Assembly (NCBI RefSeq): GCF_006345805.1
Contig: NC_043012.1
Span: 15,624,001-15,688,000 of the forward strand
Length of the DNA: 64,000 nucleotides
Source of the DNA: Octopus sinensis
Lineage: Eukaryota
Reading direction: 5' to 3'
Under the pieces are notes generated by a model. That model was not told where the DNA came from and made no database searches. It saw only the letters and a program-made list of their open reading frames with translations. Positions 1-12,932 of this stretch are shown here, piece by piece. The translations under genes were made by a program, and so were the position numbers. How positions within the stretch are numbered: position 1 is the stretch's first letter; each line of letters opens with the position of its first letter.

Positions 1-151
1 GTTGTATTTAGGAATGGTCATTTTGCCAGTTTAGCCAATAAAAACACCCGCACTATATATTTGGTGTTACTTTGCTTCAGCGTTATTTATTTTTTACATT
101 AATCTTAATCTTATTGGCTAAACTGGCAAAATGACCATTCCTAAATACAAC
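1..151. repeat. Inverted repeat with 41-bp perfect arms (1-41 / 111-151)
   Basis: gttgtatttaggaatggtcattttgccagtttagccaataa and its reverse complement. Confidence 0.9.
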
Positions 152-738
152 AGCATATGTTTCAACACACGATTTCACATCAAGAATCTTGCAAAACAAA
201 TATATAAACATAAATTATTTATAGGTTTATGGTATAGTCACAGATATGCTGAGGTATTGTTCACCTGTCTTTAAAAAATGCTAAAATGTAAAAAAGAACA
301 ATAGAAACAGAATTATCGTTAAATTTTAGTTTATTCACCATTAGAAAAAACTAAAATCTAAATTCACCCAACATATGGAAGCAGCTGTTCTGTTCTCATC
401 AGGGGCTGTTGTACAAAACATATGCTACCAGCAGAAAGGATGGAAAATCTCGTGTAAAACTAGTTGTGTGATTCAGACAGGAAATATTGATCTTCCTTTC
501 AAATCATTGGTTTTTAAAGTAGAAATGGAAAAAGAATACAAAACATAATTTTAACTCTTGAAACTATAAAATATGTAGGTATGTAGAAAGCATTTAAGAC
601 AAGTTCTGAGAATTGGTTAAAGTAAATAAGATGCAAATAAGAATAAAGAAGTGATGCCTCATTTATAAGTTAAAGTAGGAGAATGTCATGTCAAGTTCAT
701 GCCAGGATGATAATTTGTTAATGAAATTTTCTTTCCAG

Positions 739-1186
739 TTGATGCTTCTAAAACAAAAGATGAGGGAAGTACAGATAACAAAAATGAACACCACACAAGT
801 CTTTCTGAAAGTGACCCGTCCATTGATTTAATTTCCCAGACTTCTGCTCAGTTTACTAGCGAGAGTGCATCTGAATATAAGCCTCAGTCACAGTGTGAAC
901 CTCAATCTGAGCCTGATGACTTATTACAAAAGCTGGACCTTGTCTCTGTGGAGTATCCTACAAAATCTGATACCTTGACTAATTCAATTAAAGAGGTAGC
1001 CCCTTCATTTCATTGTGGAATCTCCTTCAAAGAAGAAAACTATGGATTGGGACCAGACTTGGAAGAACTGACCCTTTCCTCTACAGTGAAAGTGTCCGTT
1101 TGCATTGTTATGTCACCTTATTGTTTCTGGGTGCAACTTACAGACATTGCCGAGAGCAACCTGATTCAGTTAGCAAAGGACATAAG
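739..1186 (+). CDS. Tudor-domain protein, internal exon A (acidic/Ser linker plus start of extended Tudor domain 1)
   Basis: Acceptor ctttccag|739 and open frame to VSVCIVMSPYCFWVQL...LAKDI. Donor AG|GTTTGT at 1186; its phase 2 matches the next exon. Confidence 0.85.
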
Positions 1187-1472
1187 GTTTGTTATGTATT
1201 GTCTTTCTTTTTAAAAAGTTACTCTCATAAAGACAATATCTTAACCAATTGAAGGCCAAAGCTAATCCTTTTCTTGCTAAATCTTTTCTGAAGCCAAAGA
1301 GTTCATGGAACTAGAGCTTCTCCCCAATTTCTATTAACCCATCCTTGCGTTGTTGTCTTTTTGTTTTCTTATTTGGATTAACTTTATATATATATATAGC
1401 ATGGAAAACGGACGCTAAATGATGATGATGATGATATATGTATATATGTATATATATATGTATACACACATA

Positions 1473-2066
1473 TCATAAATAAGGGCAAAAGAAAAAATTT
1501 CTGATGCCAAATATGCCGAAAAATTGGACATATTCATTAACCATATAATTTTTTCACAATACGCACACTACTCGAAAAAAGGTCGACAGAAATTTCTAAA
1601 AAATTCCATTATTATCATATCAGACCAATTTCAGGGTTAGCTCATAACAGCCCTCCCTTCGTCAGTGATACATGTGGCAAAAGAAATAAATGAGATACTT
1701 ACTCATACCCATGGAAGAAGCAAACACTAAATCATGAGCACAATTAAGTACCCCAAATACATCCAAAATAGAAATACTCCAGCCCATTCAAGACATGTGC
1801 AATTTGAACTGAGGCCCTCACAGAGTGAGGGAGTCCGGAAGTGAACGCTTAAACTTATATCTATCTAATGTAGGATAAAATGTTTTTCAAAAAAAAATTC
1901 CTTTTGAAAAAAATTTTATCAATGGCCAGCATATTAAAAAATACCTTTAAAGGTTAAATTTATAAATTTAACCTTTCAAGGTATTTTTTAATATGCTGGC
2001 CATTAATAAAATTTTTTTCGAAAAGAATTTTTTTTGAAAAAAATTTTATCCTACATTAGATATAAG
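1473..2066 (-). mobile_element. Penelope-like terminal fragment with hammerhead and fold-back end
   Basis: (TA)n-flanked, hammerhead at 1613-1670, ~105-bp-arm palindrome at 1854-2066. Confidence 0.6.
1613..1670 (-). ncRNA. Type I hammerhead ribozyme motif (different family from the array)
   Basis: Minus strand: UAUCA-CUGACGA-AGGG...CCCU-GAAA-UUGGUCUGA-UA^UGAUA; stems I and II pair, stem III weak. Confidence 0.72.
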
Positions 2067-2849
2067 AAATGTATATATATATATGCGACAGGCTTCTTTC
2101 TGTTTCTGTCTACCCAATCCACTCACAAGGCTTTGGTTGGCCCGAGGCTATAGTATGCCCAAGGTGCCATGCAGTGGGAATGAACCTGGAACCATGTGGT
2201 TGGTAAGCAAGCTACTTAACGCACACCCACTCCTGCGCCTAAAAAATGACAGACGAAATACCGCTGAGCATTTCGCCCGGCACACTAACATTTCTGCCAG
2301 CTCACTACCTGCCCACAAAGTCCTCACAAATATTGGTTGATCTACAGTTGTTGAAACTCAACATCAGTTACACCCAGTTTAGAAGGTGTTGCAAAGACCA
2401 TTGGCACATTTTTTTATTTTATTCATTTCATATATTTATGTACATAAAACTGTTATTTCTGTTTGCGGTAGAATATAGACTGTCAGGAACGCGTTTCCTC
2501 TTTCTGTCCCTCTCAGCCCTCTTAGCAGTGAATTTAGTTAGAGAAAGTTTAGTATAAGCATCATCATCATCATTTTAATGTCCACTTTTCCATGAGTTGG
2601 ATAGAATTTTTTGAAATGAATTTTCTACACCCATATGCCCTTCCTGTCACCAACCTTACCCAAGTAAGCTAATATTTCCCTATGATCTGATATGTTTCCA
2701 ATCATAGAAGACTGGAAACAAACAATATTGTCTGTATAGTAGTGACACTCATTTGCAACTTTCATGTGATGTCAAGGCAAAGTGACAGTAACACATACAA
2801 ATACATAACCATGTACTTACATTTTTGTGTGTGTACATATATATATATA

Positions 2850-3041
2850 AGGAGAGTTTACGAAAAAAACAACAAAAGATGAAAACAGGTGGTGTACAAA
2901 ACAAACAGATGTATTAGTATAATGCTCAGAAATAGAAAAAGTCTTTTACGTTTCGAGCCTATGCTCTTCTGCAGAAAGGGACACAGAAAACAAGGAGAGA
3001 AAAAAATGTATGTAGTGGCTAACGATCTATCATGGCAATAC
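2850..3041 (-). mobile_element. Short (TA)n-flanked repeat with degenerate minimal hammerhead-like motif
   Basis: Near-identical copy at ~24768-24925; minus strand CUUU-CUGCAGA-AGAGC-AUAG-GCUC-GAAA-CG-UA-AAAG. Confidence 0.55.
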
Positions 3042-3069
3042 TATATATATATATACACACACACACACT

Positions 3070-3204
<135 letters not shown>

Positions 3205-4075
3205 GTGCCGCCTTACTGGCACGTGAACAAAACATACGAGCGAGGTCATTGCCAGTGCTGCTGGACTGACTTCTGTGCAGGTGGCATGTAAAAAACACCA
3301 TTTTGAGTGTGGCCGTTGCCAGTACCACCAGACTGGCCCTCATGCCGGTGGCATATAAAAGCACCCACTACACTCTCGGAGTGGTTGGTGTTAGGAAGGG
3401 CATCCAGCTGTAGAAAGACTGCCAAATCAAGATTTGGAGCCTGGTGCAGCCATCTGGTTTGCCAGACCTCAGTCAACTCGTCCAACCCATGCTAGCATGG
3501 AAAGCAAACGTTAAATGATGATGATATATATATATATATATATTGGTTGAGGGGACATGGTTTAGGGCTAGGGTATTGCACTTGCAATCTAGTGATCATG
3601 ATTTCAATTCCTAGACCTGGTGGTGTGTTGTGTTCTTGAGCAAAATAATTCATCTCACATTGCTCTGCAGTCACTTTGACACTGGATACGCGGTACACAG
3701 TATACCTGTTTAGACAACTTTGATTTGATGGAGAGAGTGAGCTAATGTGTGGCCTGAACAACATTTGACCACTTGAAACAAATCATTTGTGCAGGTCATT
3801 CAGCAAAAGTTGAATGCTCATATGCTGTTTTCGACGGGAGAGTCCATCACATGCACACATATGTATGTATGTATGATGGACTTCTTTCAGTTTCTGTCTA
3901 CCATATCCACTCACAAGGCTTTGGTCAGCCTAGGGCTATGATAGAAGACACTTGCTTTAGACTATGTGGCTGGAAATCAAACTTCTTACCACACAGCTAT
4001 ACCTGTGCTTTATATGTATAGAATTTTGTATTATATGTTTTGTAACTGTACTTATAATATGTTTTTTTTATACAG

Positions 4076-4206
4076 TGAGCACATATCATCAGAAAATTGT
4101 CGAAGGATCAGACAACCGTTTGTTGGAATGAAATGCTTGGCACCATATAGTGATGGATTTTTTTACAGAGCTAAAATTGTAAATATTTGTAAACCCAATA
4201 AAGAAG
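4076..4206 (+). CDS. Tudor-domain protein, exon B
   Basis: Acceptor ttttatacag|; encodes EHISSENCRRIRQPFVGMKCLAPYSDGFFYRAKIV (Tudor core); donor G|GTAAGT. Confidence 0.9.
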
Positions 4207-4695
4207 GTAAGTTACATTCTCTTTTTTCTCGATATGTCCACTGCATTCTTGCTGCTAATACGAAACATCATGGAAGGGAATATATTTTTCAAATAAAAAA
4301 TATATGATGGAGTGCTTAAAAGTTCCTGGTTTTGTGTTTTTGTGTAAAAGAAAATACTGGAGAGTCAGTTAATTATGATTTTATTCAACATATTTCTTTT
4401 CTCAGATTTACACATTTATTGCAGTGGGTGTTTTTCTTAGCACTGTAAAAGAACTTGGAAGGTTGGTCTTCCAACCAGGCCTTTCATGATACCATTAAAG
4501 CTAGGAACTTTTTAGCACCTCTCTTTTTTTTATATGCGTGACTGAGGTAAGAAATTTGCTTCCCAACCATATGCTTCCAACTGCAGTCCCATTGTGTAGT
4601 ACCTTGGGCAAGTGCCTTCTCCCCTAGCCTCAGGCTGACCAAAGCCTAGTGAGTGGATTTGGTAGATGGAATCTGAAAGAAGCCCAGTGTGTGTA

Positions 4696-5238
4696 CCGCC
4701 TTGACTGACCAGTCCGTCGGGTGTCCATTTGACACCGCTGGTCACAGCACGCTGTCCACTGCTCTCTGGATCGCGCCTTTCTCATCCACGTGATCCCAAT
4801 GGTCCTCCTGAAATCATAACTCCACCATCGTGGAAGCCTTCCGGGTGGTCGTTTCCGCTTGCACGGGTACCACTTGACAACTGCGCGGGTCCACCGATTA
4901 TCGGTGAGCTGGGCGATGTGTCCAGCCCATCTAAACTTGCTGCGTGTATACTCTGCGATGATATCCCCCACGCCAGACTTCTTTCTGATGACCTCGCTAC
5001 TGATGTGCTCTCTCAACGAGATACCAAGCATTGACCTTTCCATGGCTCTTTGAGCCGTTACCAGTCTTTGCTCTTCTCTCTTTGTTGTAGCCCATGTTTC
5101 TCTACTATACAACATTGCAGGTAGAACTTTATTGCTGATGAGGTTGGCACGGGTGGTCCTGTCCAATCTTCCCTTGAGCACATCCTTTATGCCATTAAAC
5201 ACCTTCCATCCAGCCCTTACTCTCCATGAGATCTCCTT
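4696..5238 (-). mobile_element. 3' fragment of a second RTE-family LINE inserted inside a SINE
   Basis: AGWKVF...MLYSRETW...WAGHIAQLTDNRWT...KRPPGRLPRWW; SINE halves on either side. Confidence 0.88.
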
Positions 5239-6120
5239 TTTGGTGTGTATCTTTGTGTCTGTGTTTGTCTCCCACAACTGCTTTACAACCAGTGTTGATT
5301 TGCTTACGTTCTTGTAATTTAGGAGTTTGGCAAAAGAGACCAATTGAATAAGTACCAGGCTACAAGAAATAAGGACCAGAGTTGATTCATTTGACAAAAA
5401 TTCTTCAAGGCAGTGCCCCAGCATGGCCGTAGTTTAATGACAAACAAATACAAATTGAGACATGCAATATCAGTGTCTATGTACAACAGAGTGTAAGTGT
5501 CTTGAGAGAAAAATTGGGTATAAGAAGCATCAGGTGTAGTGTGCAAGAGAGGGACCTGTGTTGTTAGGGTCACTTGATGCATATGGATGAGGACAGCTGC
5601 ATAAAGAAGTGCTGATCTCTAACTCTGGAGGGAACCTGTAGAAGAAGTTGACCTAGGAAGGTGTGGGATGAAGTGGTGAAGTATGATCTTTGGAGTTTGG
5701 CTCTCATGGAGGTGATGACAAGACCATTGGTGATTTGCTGTGCTTGAGAAGACACATCAAGCAAAGTGAAGCCATAATTGGAACCAGTGCTGGTGACATG
5801 TAAAAGACATCAGGTACACTCTGTGGAGTGGTTGGCATTAGGAAGGATATCGAGCCATAGAAACTAAGCCAAACCAGACTGGAACCTGCTGCAGTTCTCT
5901 GGCTTACCAGTTTCAGCCAAACCATCTAACCCATGTTAGCATGGAGAATGGACACTAAATGATCATGATGAAATGAGAAAAAAATAATGAATCAAATATT
6001 ATTTGGAGAAAATGCAATAAAGAAAGAAAGTTTACACATAACAAGAATAATTTTCAGTGTGTATGTATAGGCACTTGCTTTGAAACCATATGAATATAAA
6101 ATTAGCCAGAATTGTTGAAA

Positions 6121-6144
6121 ATAGTAGTAGTAGTAGTAGTAGTA

Positions 6145-6184
<40 letters not shown>

Positions 6185-6290
6185 TAATAATAATAATAAT
6201 GATGATGACAACAACAACAGCAACAACAATAATAATAAAAATAATAGCAATAATAATAATTATATTAATAATAATAATAATAATAATGAT
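6121..6290. repeat. (AGT)n(AAT)n microsatellite
   Basis: Direct reading. Confidence 0.9.
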
Positions 6291-6615
6291 AGTACTGTTA
6301 TCTATAACTTAAACCCCCAAAATGAAAATAGTAGTATTGAGAATGATGGGGTGAATAGAAGGAACAGTGGTAGCACTTCTAATAAAAACATTATGGACTA
6401 TAGTCCCAGTATATATATATATGGGCATGGAAACTACTTGTATGCCTGATGTTGCAGAGGCAATTTTATATGATAATACAATTGAAGTGGAGTTAGAAAA
6501 TAACATGTGAACATAACATACTTGATAATGTAATTATTAATAGCGAAAATATTAGCAATAAAAATATAATTGAAATCTTAATAATACTAATATTAATAAT
6601 AATAATTCTCCTAGT

Positions 6616-7039
6616 TGCAATTGTAGTGTTAAATCCCACTGTCCATTATTAGGCCAATGTCTTACTCAGAACATAGTATATAAATGCGCAATAATAACTA
6701 CAACTAATAATTATATTTACTTCGGTTGTTCGATTAATTTGAAACAGTGCATATACAATCATGTATCGTCCTTTAAACTTAAACATTAGGTGAATTGTAT
6801 GTCATCATCCAGTAAGATTTGGGAACTGAAAGAAAGTGGAATTGGGTTTAACCTCAAATGGGAAATAATAAGAAAAGCTCAGCCTTATAGAAATAGCAGA
6901 TATGGGTGTGAGCTTTGCTCAATGGAAACATGAAATTTTTAAGCATAAAGATAATGGCAACCTGATTAATAATTGATTAGACCTTAAGGTATCATGTGTA
7001 CATAGTGCCACCCGTACCTTCAAATATTTTAGAAAGTAG
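6616..7039 (+). pseudogene. Penelope-like element GIY-YIG endonuclease remnant
   Basis: Manual translation CNCSVKSHCPLLGQCLTQNIVYKC...YIYFGCS...YNHVSSF...KIWELK...LKWEII...CELCSME, with stops and a frameshift; preceded by an Asn-rich (AAT)n linker. Confidence 0.85.
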
Positions 7040-7369
7040 CACTTTATTGATCTTGGGTTTTAAAACCTATAATGTACCTCTTAATTTAAAATCAGTGCAT
7101 AGGTTGCATGCCCTACAGCATTAATTTTCCTTTAGTTAATACTGGGTATCAGTGATTATAGACACAAGCTAATTAAGTAAATAAACAATTTTTAGTTTTA
7201 AATACTTGAATTATTACACATTTTCTATAAATCTTCTCTATTGAAGTTACTAAGTTGTATATATACTTCATGATTTTAGGGATTAAGCCATGAGTGCTTT
7301 ACACCACCAGCAGGATCGGTCTTAACACTTCTGCTGTGGGTACAGGTCTTTTTGAGTACAGCCAGGCAC

Positions 7370-8630
7370 CATGCATCTTGGTCCTTTGTCATCCTGCCTG
7401 ATGAAAACTAGCCTCATTCCTTTCTAACCTTTGCAGGTCCTCTGCATTCAGGGCCCATGTCTCACTACCATGTAGAATTACTGTCCGTGTACATGCATAA
7501 TACAATCTTCCTTTCACTCAGAGGGGAAAACTTTTCGTGGTCAACAAAAGTAACAGCTCTCTAAATTTCCTCCATCTTATTCTTATTTTAGCTATCACAC
7601 TCTCTGTGCAACCCTCCCCCACCACTAATTTGGTCCTCTAGGTAGCAGAAATTATCTACTACCTTTAATGAGCCACCAACACATTTGCGAAAATCAATTT
7701 CCTGAGTCTCTAAGGTTTTTATGGACCCTGTGCATCTTCCAAATATAGAAACTACCTTCTCTGATAACTTTCCACTTAACCCACTGCACACCCAGGTACA
7801 CCATATGGAGTTTCTGCTTACAGTTTTCCTACAAATTGGACAGAGCTACCTACCTGAGGAGTGTAGGGTCCTGTCAGTTTTCTTATTTATTAGGACCTTA
7901 GTCTTTGTTAAGTTAACCTTAACACCCTTAAATTCCAGGTTTTGTTTCCACACTTGGAATTTTTCATCAAGCTCTGATATAGAATCTGCTATGGGGGCCA
8001 AATCATTAGCATATATTAGTTCCCAGGGGCTGCCAGTCTTGTTTTTCTTTGTTATGGCCTGGAGGATAATGGTAAAAAGGAAAGGACTAAGGACTGAGCC
8101 TTGATGAACCCCTACCTGTTCACCAAATTCTTTGCTGTAATTGTGGTTAACTCTCATCTTACTGACAGCATCTTTGCACTTAGTCTGTACAGCTTTCACC
8201 AGCCACTCATCTATCCCTAGCCTCTTCAGAACTCACCATATCACACAGCGGGGCACTCTATCGAAGGTTTTCTGTAGATTAACAAATGCTAGGTATAAGG
8301 GTTTATTCTTAGCTAAGTACTTCTCTTAGTGTTGCCTGACTATGGAAATAGCATTGGTAATGCTTCTTCCCCAGACAAAACTGAACTACATTTCATCTAG
8401 CCTAATTCTGCTCTTAATTAATTGAGCAATAACTCTCTCTGTAACTTTCTTCACCTGGTCCAAGAGTTTGAACCCTCTATAATTGCTTCTATCTAATGCA
8501 TCACCCCTACCCTTGTAACAACTAACAATTACGCTGCTACGCCAGTATCTGTATGTATATTACCTTCCTGAATGACCTGATTAACTTTGCAGGTGACTAC
8601 CCCATATCCTGCCTTACTAGATATTACTAA
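7370..8630 (-). mobile_element. Degenerate RTE LINE reverse transcriptase
   Basis: GVHQGSVLSPFLF and LIYANDL; homologous to the 21622 element, with stops. Confidence 0.9.
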
Positions 8631-9329
8631 TGTAAGATTTTTTTTTAATACTATAAAAAAAGTTAAATTTTATTTTTCTGTGGACAGTGGTAGATTGGTT
8701 CCTGCTTATTATAATTAACAAAACAGAAGAAACAAAACAAAATGTCTGTAGTTGAAGACATTAATGAAACATAAATTTATATTCTTAATGATATTCCAAT
8801 TAAGATATGAGGTGTAAAATTGAGCTTGTCATGTTGGATCTGTAAGAGTAAACAGGAAGGTAAGAGTGTACTTACAAAGTGTAAGTGGTTTCGGTGTCGA
8901 TAATTTTCACATAACAATGAACCAGTTGAAACATTACTTGGCCTACTTTATTCAAATTATAATCATCATCATTACCGTTTAATGTCTATGGTCTATGCTA
9001 GCACAGGTAGAACAATCTGACAGGATGTGACAGGTTCAAAGATAAAATCATGCACCAGTATCTGCTTTGGCATTGTTTTTGTGGTTGGACGGTCTTTCTA
9101 ATATTGACCACTTGACTACTTGTATTGGGTACTTTTTACATGGCACTCACACTAGTGAGACTGAAGATCCCCTTCAGACTGAGTGGAACTACAGGAAAGA
9201 GGGAGGTGGGTTTATGCTATGAGATGGGTTGGTGGTGGTGGTAGTGGTGAAAATGAAACAATTATATAGACACTATGTAGTAGGCAAAATATACTGTAAT
9301 ATAATAAGGATACTGTAATATAATAAGGA

Positions 9330-9650
9330 CATGCCGGTGGCATGTAGGAGGCACCATTCGAGCGTGATCATTACCAGCGTCGCCTTACTGGCACCTGTGC
9401 CGTTGGCATGTGTAAAAAATTCAAGCGAGGTCATTGCCAGGACCACCTGACTGGCCCCCGTGCCGGTGGCACATAAAAGCACCCACTACACTCTCGGAGT
9501 GGTTGGCGTTAGGAAGGGCATCCAGCTGTAGAAACTCTGCCAAATCAAGATTGGAGCCTGGTGCAGCCATCTGGTTCGCCAGCCCACAGTCAAACCGTCC
9601 AACCCATGCTAGCATGGAAAGCGGACGTTAAATGATGATGATGATGATCA
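9330..9650 (+). mobile_element. RTE 3' UTR / (GAT)n tail fragment, representative (similar copies at ~3200, 21055, 27475, 33330, 47990, 57060)
   Basis: aaaagcacccactacactc...aggaagggcatccagctgtag...ccgtccaacccatgctagcatgg...(gat)n, identical to the 3' end of the 21622 LINE. Confidence 0.85.
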
Positions 9651-10336
9651 TCATCATCATCATTGCAGTACTGTTCTTATGAAATATGACACTATATATA
9701 ACCCTATATCATAGATTAATATCTTTGTATGTAATTGTTATTGCAAGAAACCTATCCAGAAAGAACAGGTTTGTTGTTGGGAAAGAGCTGTACAGCTACT
9801 TACATAATAGAAGAAAAAGTTGGGAGTGGCTATAATAGGAGCATTTCCTGTACAGTAACAAACCTATTCTCTCCAAACCTTTCCTTCTCACTAACCTCTC
9901 ATCCAACAGCATAAAGTAAAACAAGTAAAACTGCAAACAGGATTATATCCTGTTTCATAATATTTACATTTTATTTGAAATTAGATTATTTCTACTTTTC
10001 TTGGTTGAAATGATTATGAATCTTTATGCATTAAAAACATTGTGTCTAATATTCATCCGGACTCTCCTGCCTCATAGGACCAGGCCACCATTGTGGCTTC
10101 TGTGGTGAGTTGGTCCTTTTACAGGGTAGGGGCACTGTTCCTGCACTCAACCTTTCTTCTTTATCAGCTTGGTTTAGGATAGGCTATGGTGGAGTTAGAT
10201 ATCATTCAAAAGGTAAATAATTGTGAGGAAAGGGCTTTGATAATTGCTCATTGTTGTAAATTTGTGACCCTTGAAAACAAAGACAAATTTTAACCCTTTT
10301 GCATTCAGATTATTCTGTCAAATGTAAAACTTATTA

Positions 10337-10849
10337 CCGTAAATCCTTGAGTATAATCCACATTTTCCCCCCAAAATTTAAGGGTCAAAATCCCTAGTGC
10401 ATACTGTATACAAGGTTAAAAATGAAAATTATTTTCTAAGCAATGTCCGAGTCTCTATTAGCTCTCCGGCAATGTTTATTCAGACGCATTTTGTGATGTC
10501 GGACGCGAAAATACCATAAGCTAAGCCTGAAAGCAATGAAGTCATAAAAGAATCATCCATAACTTTCAATAAGCAACATTTATTAAACGTTATTACTGTT
10601 ATTTCTTTATTTTCTGCAAACAAAATGCACAAAAAAATCTACACGTTTGCATTATGTAATATATACAATAATAATAAAGGACGATACCGTATACATTTTT
10701 ACAAACCAAGGACGTTATATAGACCTCCTTGACTCAAGTTAGAGATGAGGTGCGTATTATACACAAGGTTTAAGTTTTTCAGAGGTACAGCCACCTAAAA
10801 GTCCCATGTGTATTATACTCAAGGGCGGACTATACTTGAGGATTTACAG
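10337..10849. mobile_element. MITE with CCGTAAATCC TIRs and TA flanks (pogo/Tigger-like)
   Basis: TIRs visible; inverted homologous copy at 34208-34946. Confidence 0.85.
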
Positions 10850-11790
10850 TAATTCATATTGTTTTGAACTAATCAAGCATTATCTTGTTACTTTGAGATT
10901 TTTGTAATTGTTTACTTTTAGAATGACATTATTGGGTAAACGGGATAGGCCAGATCTGGCCAGTTTGTACATAACTCATGTAGATAAACCAGCTGGATAT
11001 GGATGGTTTAAATGCTAAAGGATTAAATACCTATTTCTTTACTACCCACAAGGGGCTACACACAGAGGGGACAAACAAGGACAGACAAACTGATTAACTC
11101 GATTACATCGACCCCCGTACTTAACTGGTAGTTAATTTATCGATCCCGAAAGGATGAAAGGCAAAGTCGACCTCGGTGGAATTTGAACTCAGAACATAAT
11201 GGCTGACAAAATACTGCTAATCATTTCGCCCAGCATGCTAACGTTTCTGCCAGCTCGCCGCCTAAAGGATTAAATATCATTAAACTCTCACTTTAAGAAT
11301 AATCAATCAAATAGCAATTTCATATAAAAATATCTATGTAATGATATTTTTCATAGGTGTCCTATTTTATCAAAAAGTATCACAGTAATACAATTACTCG
11401 ATTACAGTATATTTCTTCTTCCTGTTAAACAACTTCTGTCTGGTGCGGAATGGTTAGTAACCCATAAGCTGCATAAGGTTCTACCACAGTTTGCAATTGC
11501 TCTCTTTTACTTGTTTCAGTCATTTGACTGTGGCCATGCTGGAGCACCGCCTTTAGTCGAGCAAATTGACCCCAAGACTTATTCTTTGTAAGCCTAGTAC
11601 TTATTCTACCGGTCTCTTTTGCCAAACTGCTAAGTTACGGGGATGTAAACACACCAGCATCAGTTGTCAAGTGATGTTGGGGTGACAAACACAGACACAC
11701 AAACACATGCACACACATACATCATCATCATCATCATCATCGTTTAACGTCCACTTTCCATGCTAGCACGGGTTGGACCAAGCATGGGTT

Positions 11791-11829
<39 letters not shown>

Positions 11830-11949
11830 AATCAAGGAACGGCCATAATAGGCCATTCACCCACTAGAAATAACAGCCAAAAAGCTTCAACCGCAAAATA
11901 ACATTAATTCTGTAAACCAGGAGAAAATTAAAAAAACATTTACCCTGAA

Positions 11950-12056
11950 ATTCCTTATACGATGCACCGTTTCGTCTACTGTTTAATGGTAAACTAACCT
12001 GGTTAAATTAAATCAAGCCAATCTACCATAGGCCCTTAGATTCATCAGTAAGGAAT
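11950..12056 (-). ncRNA. Type I hammerhead ribozyme, array copy 1
   Basis: Minus strand: AUUCCUUA-CUGAUGA-AUCUA..(insert)..UAGAC-GAAA-CGGUGCAUCG-UA^UAAGGAAU. 8-bp stem I and a GUA cleavage triplet. Confidence 0.88.
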
Positions 12057-12440
12057 AGCCAAATCGGAACAGATATTTTTCACGAGGCATTCACGTCCAT
12101 GCCTCGCCAATATCTGACCTAAAATTTTCAAATCGTCGCACTCGCGCCAAATTTATCGGCAGCAAATAAATATAAGCCGCCGATTCCATTACGGAACTAA
12201 CCAGAAAATTCATAATTAATCAATATAGGGAGGCAAAAAAATTTTGTAGAATTCTTTTGCCCCCAGCGGCCTAGTGGGAAAAAATTAAATAGTCATAAAC
12301 CATTTTTAAGTTCAATATCACAATCAAGGAACGGCCATAATAGGCCATTCACCCACTAGAAATAACAGCCAAAAAGCTTCAACCGCAAAATAACATTAAT
12401 TCTGTAAACCAGGAGAAAATTAAAAAAACATTACCCTGAA

Positions 12441-12547
12441 ATTCCTTATACGATGCACCGTTTCGTCTACTGTTTAATGGTAAACTAACCTGGTTAAATT
12501 AAATCAAGCCAATCTACCATAGGCCCTTAGATTCATCAGTAAGGAAT
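12441..12547 (-). ncRNA. Type I hammerhead ribozyme, array copy 2
   Basis: Same core and stems as copy 1. Confidence 0.88.
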
Positions 12548-12932
12548 AGCCAAATCGGAACAGATATTTTTCACGAGGCATTCACGTCCATGCCTCGCCA
12601 ATATCTGACCTAAAATTTTCAAATCGTCGCACTCGCGCCAAATTTATCGGCAGCAAATAAATATAAGCCGCCGATTCCATTACGGAACTAACCAGAAAAT
12701 TCATAATTAATCAATATAGGGAGGCAAAAAAATTTTGTAGAATTCTTTTGCCCCCAGCGGCCTAGTGGGAAAAAATTAAATAGTCATAAACCATTTTTAA
12801 GTTCAATATCACAATCAAGGAACGGCCATAATAGGCCATTCACCCACTAGAAATAACAGCCAAAAAGCTTCAACCGCAAAATAACATTAATTCTGTAAAC
12901 CAGGAGAAAATTAAAAAAACATTTACCCTGAA

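Noticed and set aside
4630-5424. 264-aa ORF as a host gene
   Set aside because: Chimeric read-through of SINE halves and an RTE fragment.
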